39,949 nt of DNA from Rhodothermales bacterium (GCA_035512315.1 DATKEJ010000240.1:1-39949), one strand, 5' to 3'. Positions 9,777-18,421 are shown, numbered from the stretch's first letter. Program-made: numbers and translations. The notes: a model not told the origin generated them from the sequence alone.

Positions 9777-10125
9777 AGGGGCAAGGCCAGAGCCCACCGG
9801 TCTCGACTCGTTTGGCGCAACGGTCGGGGCGTCGGCCTTCCCTTCCGAGGAACCTGTAGGGACATGCCGCCAGGCATGTCCGTCGAAGTGCACAGGCAGA
9901 CCCAGTTCCATTATACAAGGCCAAACGGCCTGCCCGTCCGCCAAGCGCGAGCAGCCGCCCTCCCCGCACGGGAGCAAGAATGGGCTCGAGCGAAGCTCCG
10001 ATATCGCCCGATTATGTCTGACTCGGAGCCGTGGTTCGTCCCGCTGCGATTTTGGCGAGACCAAAGGACGTTTCGGTCGTTTATTATTACTAGCCGATCA
10101 TAGATCCAACACACGAAGGAGCATC

Positions 10126-11694
10126 ATGGCAGAGCACGCACAGCTGACAGGTCCGGACTTGACGAAGGGCATCCCGGTTGATGAACTCGCAGAGGGCGAG
10201 ATGAAACTTGGCCATGCGGAAGGCGAGGCCGTGCTCCTCTCGCGGCTCGAGGATGGTTTTTTTGCCATTGGGGCGACCTGCACGCATTACAGCGGTCCGT
10301 TGGCCGAGGGGCTCATCGTCGATGATACCGTGCGATGTCCCTGGCACCACGCCTGCTTCAGCCTGCGAACCGGGGAGGCCTTACGTGCGCCGGCGCTCAA
10401 TCCGACTTCGTGCTGGAGCGTCGAGGTCCGCGACGGACGTGTGTACGTGGTCGACAAGGTAGGAAGGGAGAAACTTGATCTCGAGCGACGTCGATATCAT
10501 CCATCGGACGGGGAGGAGCTCAACGACATCGTGGTTGTCGGCGCAGGCGCGGCGGGCGATGCGGCCGCCGAGATGCTGAGGCGCGAAGGTTTCGAGGGAA
10601 CCATCAGCCTGGTTGGTAAGGATCAGGCGGCTCCGTATGATCGGCCGAATCTTTCGAAGGACTACTTGGCGGGCTCTGCTCCCGAGGAATGGCTGCCGCT
10701 CCGACAGTCCGGCTTCTACGCGAACAACGACATCGATTTAGTCCTCGGAGTTCAGGCCACTTCCATTTACCCTGACGATGGCCGAGTGCTTTTGTCGAAC
10801 GGTGATTCACTGCGATTCGACAGGCTGCTTCTTGCGACCGGGGCAACGCCGGTGCGTCTTCCTGTGGAAGGAGCGAAGCTTCCCCACGTTTACTACTTGC
10901 GAACTCTAGCAGACTGCCGGGCGATCATACATGGATCTCAAGGTGCGAAGCGTGTGGTCGTAATAGGAGCTAGCTTCATTGGCATGGAAGCGGCCGCTTC
11001 CCTCGCGGAGCGTGGCTTGCACGTGGCCATCGTCGCACCTGAGTCACAGCCGATGGAGCGAATTCTCGGTCCCGAGATCGGCAAGCTCGTCCGAGGCTTG
11101 CATGAGGAAAAAGGTGTCGAGTTTTATTTGAACCGAACGGTCACGACGATCGGGTCGGACACCGTCACCGTCTCGGACGGAACCGAACTGTCCGCAGACC
11201 TCGTCGTCGTCGGAATCGGGGTTCGACCCGAAACCAAGTTGGCGAAGGATGCCGGTCTCACCGTAGATGACGGCGTAATTGTCGACGAGTACCTCGAAAC
11301 CAGCCATCCAGGCATATTTGCGGCCGGCGACATCGCGCGTTGGCCCGATCGCCGCTCGGGGCGCCGAGTCCGGGTCGAGCACTGGGTGCATGCGCAACGG
11401 CAAGGGCAGGTGGCTGCTCGAAACTTGCTCGGTCGTCGCGAGGCGTTCACGATGGCCCCCTTCTTCTGGACGCATCAGTTCGACCTTTCGATTTCGTATG
11501 TGGGTCACGCGGTGGATTGGGGCCGGATCGAGGTTGACGGTAGCATCGAAGACCGGGAGTTTTCTGCGTCTTTCATGTCAGGAGAGAAAACGCTTGCTGT
11601 TGCCAGCGTCGCCCGCGGCCTTGAGAATCTAAGGGCCGAGGTGGCCATGGAGCGGGATGATAAGGAGGCCTTGCCCGGGCCAATCGCTTCCTGA
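10126..11694 (+). CDS. Rieske [2Fe-2S] domain fused to FAD/NAD(P)-dependent ferredoxin-reductase-type oxidoreductase
   Basis: ATG at 10126 is preceded by AAGGAG. Rieske ligands are present: CTHYSGPL ... CPWHHACF. Two Rossmann motifs follow (VVVGAGAAGDAAA and VVVIGASFIGMEAA) plus a C-terminal reductase domain. The track ORF starts at 9763, but that 121-aa extension is Arg/Cys/Ser-rich and not protein-like. Confidence 0.85.
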   Translation: MAEHAQLTGPDLTKGIPVDELAEGEMKLGHAEGEAVLLSRLEDGFFAIGATCTHYSGPLAEGLIVDDTVRCPWHHACFSLRTGEALRAPALNPTSCWSVEVRDGRVYVVDKVGREKLDLERRRYHPSDGEELNDIVVVGAGAAGDAAAEMLRREGFEGTISLVGKDQAAPYDRPNLSKDYLAGSAPEEWLPLRQSGFYANNDIDLVLGVQATSIYPDDGRVLLSNGDSLRFDRLLLATGATPVRLPVEGAKLPHVYYLRTLADCRAIIHGSQGAKRVVVIGASFIGMEAAASLAERGLHVAIVAPESQPMERILGPEIGKLVRGLHEEKGVEFYLNRTVTTIGSDTVTVSDGTELSADLVVVGIGVRPETKLAKDAGLTVDDGVIVDEYLETSHPGIFAAGDIARWPDRRSGRRVRVEHWVHAQRQGQVAARNLLGRREAFTMAPFFWTHQFDLSISYVGHAVDWGRIEVDGSIEDREFSASFMSGEKTLAVASVARGLENLRAEVAMERDDKEALPGPIAS

Positions 11695-11779
11695 CCCTAT
11701 CGCGTGCGTTCGACCGTGAACATGCAGCCATTGCATTTCGGTTGGGTTACAGTTACGGAGATTGACCGCCCAGGATGCT

Positions 11780-12400
11780 TCAACCGAGTTCGAAAATGCA
11801 CCGCGGCTTAACGGAGCGATCGCACTGCTCCCGTACCGGTCTACCGGCGACTTCCGTCAACAGAGCCTCTATCAGCTTGCAGATCTCTGGGTGTTCTGTC
11901 GCCACGAGACCCACCGGGCAGCTGAAACCCACGATGTGCCGCTCGCTGACCTCGCTCACCCGAGCCAGACCGCCAAGGTCTCTCACCACGTCCAGAATGC
12001 GATCGACTTGTTCTTTCAGCTGGTCTGGTTTGTCGTTGTCGCTCGGCCGCGATCCGATGCTCGAGCCTGCCTCTCGAAGAATCTCCTCGATCTGGGACTG
12101 TGAAAGGCGATCTGCAACGGCATCCAGCAGCCGACTGATGAGAACATGGTACGACTTAGGAAATAGCTGCTCGGCCTCGGCTCTCAGCTCATAGACCGCC
12201 TCAGGCTTTCGAACGCCGGGCCGCTTTCCCGACTTGCTAACCAGACCGTCACGCTCGAGTGACGTCAGATGTGAGCGTACGGCATTGTCTGTCAGATCCA
12301 ACGATTCGGCGAGTTCGTTCACTGTCGCTTCTCCGCGTCGAAGCAGCTGAACCACCTGTCCACGAGTGCTCTCGAGAAATCGTTCACCCCATCGTTTCAT
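11780..12400 (-). CDS. winged-helix (ArsR/SufR-like) transcriptional regulator with C-terminal 4-Cys putative metal/Fe-S sensing domain
   Basis: The N-terminal HTH is TRGQVVQLLRRGEATVNELAESLDLTDNAVRSHLTSLERDGLV. The C-terminus has a C-x12-C-x18-C-x7-C arrangement (FSCPVGLVATEHPEICKLIE...REQCDRSVKPRCIF), reminiscent of SufR-type regulators. Confidence 0.8.
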   Translation of the reverse strand: MKRWGERFLESTRGQVVQLLRRGEATVNELAESLDLTDNAVRSHLTSLERDGLVSKSGKRPGVRKPEAVYELRAEAEQLFPKSYHVLISRLLDAVADRLSQSQIEEILREAGSSIGSRPSDNDKPDQLKEQVDRILDVVRDLGGLARVSEVSERHIVGFSCPVGLVATEHPEICKLIEALLTEVAGRPVREQCDRSVKPRCIFELG

Positions 12401-12460
12401 CGCGGATACTCCGTTACAACTGGAAGATTCAAGGCATAAATACGTCTCCCGATGAGATTA

Positions 12461-12499
12461 GTTTAATAACCAAAAATAGTAGTTGACTTTTTATGTTTG
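12461..12499 (+). promoter_or_regulatory. candidate Bacteroidota-type promoter in the AT-rich divergent intergenic region
   Basis: TATGTTTG at 12492-12499 is a perfect match to the Bacteroidota -7 element TAnnTTTG. The AT-rich TTAGTTTAAT about 22-30 nt upstream could serve as the -33 element. There is no experimental support. Confidence 0.3.
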
Positions 12500-12581
12500 T
12501 TTATCCGAACTTGTCACGGCGGGGGCATGAGGCCAAGAGGAAGTCCTTCTATGGCCAAGTGAACGTCATACGAGTTTCATC

Positions 12582-14240
12582 ATGAACCGATCGTACCCCT
12601 TTGCCCGCGCCGTCTTGCCGCTTGCAATCATCCTCGTGTCTGCCGCGATGGTCATCGTCGGGCGAAGTGGTCTCGACGGGAGCCTGTTTGACGATGCCAT
12701 AAGCCAGAATTCGAGGACGATGATGGAGGAGGGCCGCGAGACCTTCCGTCACGATACGTTTGGCGACGAGGCGTTTTGGAGCGGGTCGCTGCGTCTCCAC
12801 GAATCGATCTCTGGGGAGGAACACGGAGGCGTCGGGCCGGGACTGTCGCCCGAGACCGCCCTTTCACTTGGATTAAAGGTCGACACGGAGGCACTCCCTC
12901 AGGAGGTTCTCGATGCCATTGCGGCCGCCCAGGTAGACCTCCAGGATCCAGCTGTCACCCTGACGCTACTCAAAGCCGATGCGGTGGTAGGCGTTAAGGG
13001 GACATTCGAAGGGGATCGACTCAGCGCCCTCGGTGTCACGTGTGCGTTTTGTCACTCGACCGTCGACGACTCGTTTGCCCCGGGGCTCGGCAAGCGCCTC
13101 GACGGGTGGGCCAACCGCGACCTGGACGTTGGTGCTATCATTGCCTTCGCGCCGGACGTGGGCGCGATCGCCGACCTGCTCGGAACGGACCATGCGACAG
13201 TGCGCACGGTGCTTCATAGCTGGGGTCCGGGAAAATTCGACGCCGCGCTCCTGATGGATGGAAAGGCGTTTCGTCCCGACGGCAAGCCGGCTGCCACGCT
13301 GCTTCCGCCGGCGTTTGGTCTGGCGGGCGTGAACTTGCACACCTGGACGGGATGGGGCTCGGTTACGCATTGGAACGCCTTTGTCGCCAATCTGGAAATG
13401 ATCGGGCAGGGCACTTTCTACGATCCGCGCTTGGACGACGCGGAGAAGTTTCCCATTGCGGCGCGTGAGGGATTTGGGCACCGGCGTAGTGATCCCGACC
13501 TCGTTACGCCGAAGTTGGCCGCTCTGCAATTCTACCAGCTCGCAATCCCGGCTCCGAGTCCTCCAGACGGATCGTTCGATGTGGGATTAGCGGCCGCCGG
13601 TGAGCAACTCTTCAAAGGGAAGGCACAGTGCGCTTCATGTCACGTTCCTCCGCTCTTCACCGAGCCTGGCTACAACATGCACACTCCGGAAGAGATCGGC
13701 ATTGACGCGTTCCAGGCCGAACGCTCCCCCGACGGTCGATACCGCACGGCGCCCTTGAAGGGACTATGGACACACACGAGGGGCGGTTTCTATCACGATG
13801 GCCGGTTTGCGACGCTGGGCGAAGTGGTTGATCATTATGACGCCCATTTTGGGCTATCGTTGAGCGATCAGGAGCGGGAGGAGCTTGTGAACTATCTGCT
13901 GTCGCTTGGAGATGCCGAAGCCTCGGTCGGGACGACAGTGGAGCCGCCGTCCGTGCCGGACGGCTCGTCGTCGCTCGAGCAAAACTACCCGAACCCATTC
14001 TCCGACGGCACGACGGTCACGTACAAACTCGACCGGCCTTCGGAGGTCACCATCGAAGTGTTCTCGATCACCGGACACCTCGTCCGCAAGGTCAACAGGG
14101 GCGAACAGAGCGCCGGCCCCCACGTTTTCACATGGGACGGGCTAACCAGCGCGGGACGGCCCGCTGTTAGTGGAGTCTATCTCTACGGTCTCCGTGCAGG
14201 CGACCAAACGATAACCCGAAAGATGCTGCTCGTGCGATAG
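12582..14240 (+). CDS. di-heme c-type cytochrome (peroxidase-like) with T9SS C-terminal sorting domain
   Basis: 552-aa ORF with an N-terminal hydrophobic signal or anchor. There are two CXXCH motifs: CAFCH from Cys154 (nt 13041) and CASCH from Cys350 (nt 13629). The last ~85 aa (LEQNYPNPFSDGTTVTYKL...GVYLYGLRAGDQTITRKMLLVR) match the Por secretion (type A) C-terminal sorting domain pattern. Confidence 0.8.
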   Translation: MNRSYPFARAVLPLAIILVSAAMVIVGRSGLDGSLFDDAISQNSRTMMEEGRETFRHDTFGDEAFWSGSLRLHESISGEEHGGVGPGLSPETALSLGLKVDTEALPQEVLDAIAAAQVDLQDPAVTLTLLKADAVVGVKGTFEGDRLSALGVTCAFCHSTVDDSFAPGLGKRLDGWANRDLDVGAIIAFAPDVGAIADLLGTDHATVRTVLHSWGPGKFDAALLMDGKAFRPDGKPAATLLPPAFGLAGVNLHTWTGWGSVTHWNAFVANLEMIGQGTFYDPRLDDAEKFPIAAREGFGHRRSDPDLVTPKLAALQFYQLAIPAPSPPDGSFDVGLAAAGEQLFKGKAQCASCHVPPLFTEPGYNMHTPEEIGIDAFQAERSPDGRYRTAPLKGLWTHTRGGFYHDGRFATLGEVVDHYDAHFGLSLSDQEREELVNYLLSLGDAEASVGTTVEPPSVPDGSSSLEQNYPNPFSDGTTVTYKLDRPSEVTIEVFSITGHLVRKVNRGEQSAGPHVFTWDGLTSAGRPAVSGVYLYGLRAGDQTITRKMLLVR

Positions 14241-14347
14241 TTGGATCATCAGTTCATCACCAGCAGAATGGCTGTGTGTCCTGCCACGCGACGTTTCGGG
14301 CGGAGGTTCGTGCCGCCCTGTATTGAGTCGCGTGCCCGGAGCCGCCT

Positions 14348-14814
14348 TTGAAGAGGAGCCCCGAGCTGGAACCGCTCTCCCACGATCACTTCGAAGGCCT
14401 AATAACGGCCTCTCGCCTCCAGATCGGCGTACGAAAAGGTGCGTCGCCGAAAGTGATGACGGCGTACGTGGACCATTTCTGGCACGCGGCGCTGGAGCGT
14501 CATTTTCGTCAGGAGGAAACACTGCTCCTTCCTCTGTTCAAGACTCCCGCATGTCGAGTCTCGGCGAACGCATGATTGAAGAACATCGGGCGATCAAGGA
14601 ACTAGTCGAGCAGCTTAACGACACCGGAGAGCCGATTGGACTACTCGATGAACTTTCACGACTGCTGAAGGCCCATATTCGCTTCGAAGAGCGTGAGTTA
14701 TTCCCGGCTTTGGAAGCTGAAGCGTCTCGAGACTCGATGCGGGAAGTGGGCAAAGCGCTCAAAGAAGCTCATGCTGACGTTGATCTGGATTGGACACCTG
14801 CCTTCTGGGAGTAG
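14348..14814 (+). pseudogene. hemerythrin-like (HHE cation-binding) domain gene split by a frameshift
   Basis: The first frame runs 14348-14575 from a TTG start: MKRSPELEPLSHDHFEGL...HFWHAALERHFRQEETLLLPLF, then stops. The second frame runs 14551-14814: MSSLGERMIEEHRAIKELVEQL...LLKAHIRFEERELFPALE. Together they form one ~150-aa four-helix hemerythrin-like protein. The frames differ by one base around 14538-14556. Confidence 0.6.
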
Positions 14815-14823
14815 GTCTCCAAC

Positions 14824-14935
14824 GTGCATGGTGCAATGTGCAATGTGCAGCGTGCTGATTACCATGTACCATGTACCATGTACCAAGTACCAAGTACCAT
14901 GCACCATGCACTAGGTACGATGAACGATGAACTAA
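14824..14935. repeat. 16-unit heptanucleotide tandem array with drifting unit sequence
   Basis: The 7-nt register from 14824 reads GTGCATG GTGCAAT GTGCAAT GTGCAGC GTGCTGA TTACCAT GTACCAT GTACCAT GTACCAA GTACCAA GTACCAT GCACCAT GCACTAG GTACGAT GAACGAT GAACTAA. The array fills the whole gap between two convergent genes and overlaps the stop codon of the acyl-CoA synthetase gene. Confidence 0.9.
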
Positions 14936-16809
14936 ACCACCCCCTCGTACATCTCCTCGATCACGTCGGCGTATCGCTCCTCGATGACGCGGCGGCGGAG
15001 TTTGAGCGTCGGCGTCATGGTGCCGGCATCGACCGTGAAGGGATCAGGCACGAGGCGGAAGGACCTGATTTTTTCATGGGCCGCGCTGCCCTTAGAGTGC
15101 GCCTTGAACTCGGCCTCGAATAGCGCAAGGATGTCTTTCGTCATGTACAGGTCGGCGACGTTATGGAATGGTATCTCCTGTTCGCGGGCATAAGCCGTGA
15201 TGATCTCTTCGTCGGGCACTATCAGCGCCGAGAGAAATTCGCGACCTTCTCCGACCACGATGATCTGATCGATCCATTTAACGGACTTGAAGGAATCCTC
15301 GATGGGGCCGGGGTAGATGTTTTTCCCACCTTTCGACACGATCATGTGCTTGATCCGATCGGTGATGCGCAGCCTCCCCTCCTCGAACCTTCCCACATCT
15401 CCGGTGTGGAACCAGCCGTCTTTGTCGATGCATTCTGCGGTCGCCTCGGCGTTGTTCCAGTAGCCGAGCATGATGTTGGGTCCTTTCGCAATGATCTCCC
15501 CCTCTTCGCAAGTCAGCGTCGACGGGTAGTCCTCTCCACGCAATTGCGCGATGATACGTTTGTCGGAAACGTTCTGTATTCCGATCGTCACGCCGGGAAT
15601 CACGTGACCCACCGTTCCAAACCTCGGATCGTCGTGCGGATTGATGGTGAGGACGGGGGCCGTCTCCGTGAGACCGTATCCTTCGATGATGGTCACGCCC
15701 GCGGCCTGGAAGAAGCGGCCAATATCGGCGGGCAGCGCCGCGCCGCCCGAAACCGCGAATCGGAGATTGCCTCCTAGTCGCTCATGCAGGCGCTCAAATA
15801 CCAGCTTCTGCGCGAGTCGGCGCTTTAGCTGCAGGTACGGGCCTGGTTTGCGTGCCGCAACCGCGCGGTGGCCGACGTCGACCGCCCATTTGAAAATGCG
15901 TTTTTTGGTGGGTGAGCCCTCCTCCACCGACTTAACGACGAGATTGTAAATGCGCTCGAACAGCCTCGGTACCGCGATGAGCACCGTGGGGCGGAGCTCG
16001 GGCAGATTCCGGTTTACCGTATTGACGCTCTCGGCGTAGGAGATCTCAGCACCTGCCGCCAGGACGGCGGTGTATCCCGCGAGCCGCTCAAAAACGTGAC
16101 ACACGGGGAGAAATGAAAGGTGGTGGTCATCCGGCCCGAACGGGACCATCTCCAGAGCGGCCTTCGCGTTGGAGCAGAAGTTCTCGTGGCTCAACATGGC
16201 GCCCTTCGGCGTCCCAGTCGTACCCGAAGTGTAGATGAGCGCGGCAATATCGGACGCTTGAACCGAGGCCGTGCTCTCGTCGATGGCAGACTCGACTTGG
16301 GGGTAGTACGAGAGTCCTTCGCGCTCCGCCTCGTCCCAGGCGACGACCCAATCCGGATGCTCCTTGCGCATATCGCTCATCGTGATGACGCATTCCAGAT
16401 CTGGGCAGCTCCCAAAGACTTCCTCTGCCTTTTTCAACTGAATTCCGGTCGAGACGACGAAGATCTTCGAACCTGAGTCGTGCAGGATGTAACCAACTTG
16501 GGAGGCGGGCAGCGACGTGTAAAGCGAGACGTTTATCGCGCCGAGTCTCTGCGTAGCCATTTCGAGGATGGTCCATTCCGGGCGGTTCTCCGAGAGAATT
16601 GCCACGCGATCCCCTTTCCTGACGCCCTTTCTATAGAGGTAGGCGGCCATTCCGCGCACGCGCCGGCCGAGTTCCTCCCACCGTATCGGCGTCCACTCGT
16701 GGGTCGTCAGATCTTTGTAGCGCAAAACCGTCCGGCTTCGTCCGTGGTAGTACTGCTCCAGACGGTCGTACAGCTCGGGAAGTGTCTGAAATTCAACGAT
16801 CGCGGACAT
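14932..16809 (-). CDS. fadD: long-chain acyl-CoA synthetase (AMP-forming)
   Basis: 625-aa ORF with the AMP-binding signature IYTSGTTGTPKGAMLSH and the later motifs EGYGLTETAP, GWFHTGDVG, DRIKHMIVSKGGKNIYP. Confidence 0.9.
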   Translation of the reverse strand: MSAIVEFQTLPELYDRLEQYYHGRSRTVLRYKDLTTHEWTPIRWEELGRRVRGMAAYLYRKGVRKGDRVAILSENRPEWTILEMATQRLGAINVSLYTSLPASQVGYILHDSGSKIFVVSTGIQLKKAEEVFGSCPDLECVITMSDMRKEHPDWVVAWDEAEREGLSYYPQVESAIDESTASVQASDIAALIYTSGTTGTPKGAMLSHENFCSNAKAALEMVPFGPDDHHLSFLPVCHVFERLAGYTAVLAAGAEISYAESVNTVNRNLPELRPTVLIAVPRLFERIYNLVVKSVEEGSPTKKRIFKWAVDVGHRAVAARKPGPYLQLKRRLAQKLVFERLHERLGGNLRFAVSGGAALPADIGRFFQAAGVTIIEGYGLTETAPVLTINPHDDPRFGTVGHVIPGVTIGIQNVSDKRIIAQLRGEDYPSTLTCEEGEIIAKGPNIMLGYWNNAEATAECIDKDGWFHTGDVGRFEEGRLRITDRIKHMIVSKGGKNIYPGPIEDSFKSVKWIDQIIVVGEGREFLSALIVPDEEIITAYAREQEIPFHNVADLYMTKDILALFEAEFKAHSKGSAAHEKIRSFRLVPDPFTVDAGTMTPTLKLRRRVIEERYADVIEEMYEGVV

Positions 16810-16988
16810 GAACGAAATAAAGGGACGGTGCTACACAGTGTAATAATGACTCCGGTGCCCAAACTAACTGCGATTTGGCCTTCATTCCAGTCCTTCATGA
16901 ATAGCGCGTTTCAATTCCGGCTTTAATATCTTACGAGTTCAGTATTTAGACACACCCTGGTCACCGGGTCACAAACAAGGGAGGCAAC

Positions 16989-18404
16989 ATGTTTGGAGCC
17001 TGGATCTCGGATGTTCAGCGCGCATTGTTGAAACTGTTTCCAGCAGACAGGGCCTACAGCGCTGAAGATCTGAAATCTCCACAGATGCCGACGGCCGTCG
17101 GCCACTTTTTGCGTCACGCGCTCAGGCGACGCGCTGAGCGCATTGAGTTTTCCGTTGAAACTGAGTGGTTCGATCCCGATGCCCCCGACGTTCGGTCGGC
17201 GTTGGAGTCGTATCGACAGGCGCTTACATCCACTGCACAATACCCCCAGGCAGCCTGGAAGGCATCACTGGAGCGAGGGGTCCAGTTCGTGATCTCGCAT
17301 CTGGTGAATCCTGCATCCGGGCTCGTTGCCTTTGTTTTCGGAAACTCGACTGATCCGGTTCCTATAACGCTGGTGGCCGAGCGTCTGGAGTTTTTCGGCG
17401 CGCAACCCGAGCTTGGGAAAGCCATTCTCGGAATCCTTGGGAAAATGTCGGTGAAGGAAATTGGGCCCGACGACCTTCGAGCAGCTGTGCTGAAGGCGGA
17501 CCGGACGCTGGTCAAGGGATTCGAGCCGAACGACTGGGTGGTCCAGCTCGAGCCGCTGTACGAGATAGCCGGCGTGCTCCGCGAGAACGAGAAATCGGAC
17601 GCGGCGCTGCCGACTGACCTCCTGAAGGTGTTCTTCGAGGAGAAGAACTGCGAGGATATAGTCAGCCGACTCGAGGCAGTTGAGTCGGTAAAGGGTGTTC
17701 ACACATTGACCGCCGACGTTCTTCGGCGGGCGGCAGGAGAGAAGCCTGAGCCCCCGGCGGCCGAGCCGATCGAGGAGAGAGAGGAGCCGCTCCCAGGTAC
17801 GCGCGTCGTAAGGAATGACTTTCATCGAGACCAAGAGACCTCAGTCGTTCCCCGATGGATGCGGTTCGCGACGGGCGGCAAGCCTGGCGAGACGATCGCG
17901 ACCCCGACTGCACGCGGCTCGAGCCCCCCACCGCTGCGAGTGGACGATCCCTCGGCGCAGGATGAGGAAGGACCCGACGTTCCGGGCAAGATCGGCCAGC
18001 GCGCGCCGGTTCCCGATGATCTGGAGATTGTTACGAGTGGCGACGGTGTCGAGCCCACGGAGGCTACGGGGAACAGTTCGGCCGAGGGGTTGGGCAGCGT
18101 TCCGCGGTGGACCCAGTTTCGGGAAGTGTCGACTCAGAGTCCCGCAAGCCCGCCGGACGTGAACCCGATCGAGGAGCGCGTACTCGGACGTCTCAACGCG
18201 GTCCAGCGAGCGTGGTACATCAACCACCTGTTTGCAGGCGATCGGTCACGATGGGCGGTTGTGATGGAGCGACTTGCCGGCGCCGGAGACTGGGAAGAAG
18301 CCTCGGAGATCATTGCAACGGAAGTATTTGAGCGGCACGGCGTCGATATTTACAGCCGGCCGACCGTAGACTTCACGAATGCCGTCGAGGGCAGGTTCAG
18401 GTAA
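16989..18404 (+). CDS. conserved hypothetical protein (structured N- and C-terminal domains joined by a disordered Pro/Glu-rich linker)
   Basis: 471-aa ORF with good coding character and AAGGGAGG about 5 nt upstream of the ATG. I recognise no catalytic motifs. The C-terminal segment (LFAGD...W.EA..II...F....V.IYS...V.FT..V..RF) resembles a tail seen in many uncharacterised Bacteroidota proteins, from memory and unverified. Confidence 0.75.
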   Translation: MFGAWISDVQRALLKLFPADRAYSAEDLKSPQMPTAVGHFLRHALRRRAERIEFSVETEWFDPDAPDVRSALESYRQALTSTAQYPQAAWKASLERGVQFVISHLVNPASGLVAFVFGNSTDPVPITLVAERLEFFGAQPELGKAILGILGKMSVKEIGPDDLRAAVLKADRTLVKGFEPNDWVVQLEPLYEIAGVLRENEKSDAALPTDLLKVFFEEKNCEDIVSRLEAVESVKGVHTLTADVLRRAAGEKPEPPAAEPIEEREEPLPGTRVVRNDFHRDQETSVVPRWMRFATGGKPGETIATPTARGSSPPPLRVDDPSAQDEEGPDVPGKIGQRAPVPDDLEIVTSGDGVEPTEATGNSSAEGLGSVPRWTQFREVSTQSPASPPDVNPIEERVLGRLNAVQRAWYINHLFAGDRSRWAVVMERLAGAGDWEEASEIIATEVFERHGVDIYSRPTVDFTNAVEGRFR

Positions 18405-18421
18405 GCGACTCGCAAACGAGC

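Noticed and set aside
9763-10125. 121-aa N-terminal extension of the Rieske-flavoprotein ORF, which would make it 643 aa
   Set aside because: The extension is Cys/Arg/Ser/Gly-rich and overlaps equally long ORFs in other frames. A strong AAGGAG lies 5 nt upstream of the internal ATG at 10126, and the Rieske domain starts right after that ATG.
9653-10125. RNase P RNA, tmRNA, SRP or 6S RNA in the GC-rich spacer
   Set aside because: By eye, neither strand carries the universal motifs. I looked for GAGGAAAGUCC and ACAGAAA (RNase P), a tRNA-like 3' end with a tag ORF (tmRNA), and GGAAGCAG-type (SRP domain IV). It is kept only as an unexplained non-coding region.
14824-14935. Possibility that the tandem arrays are CRISPR arrays
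   Set aside because: The units are 7 nt and directly abutting with no spacers, the arrays are at most 112 bp, and no cas genes are present. This does not fit CRISPR architecture (repeats of about 24-48 nt separated by unique spacers).
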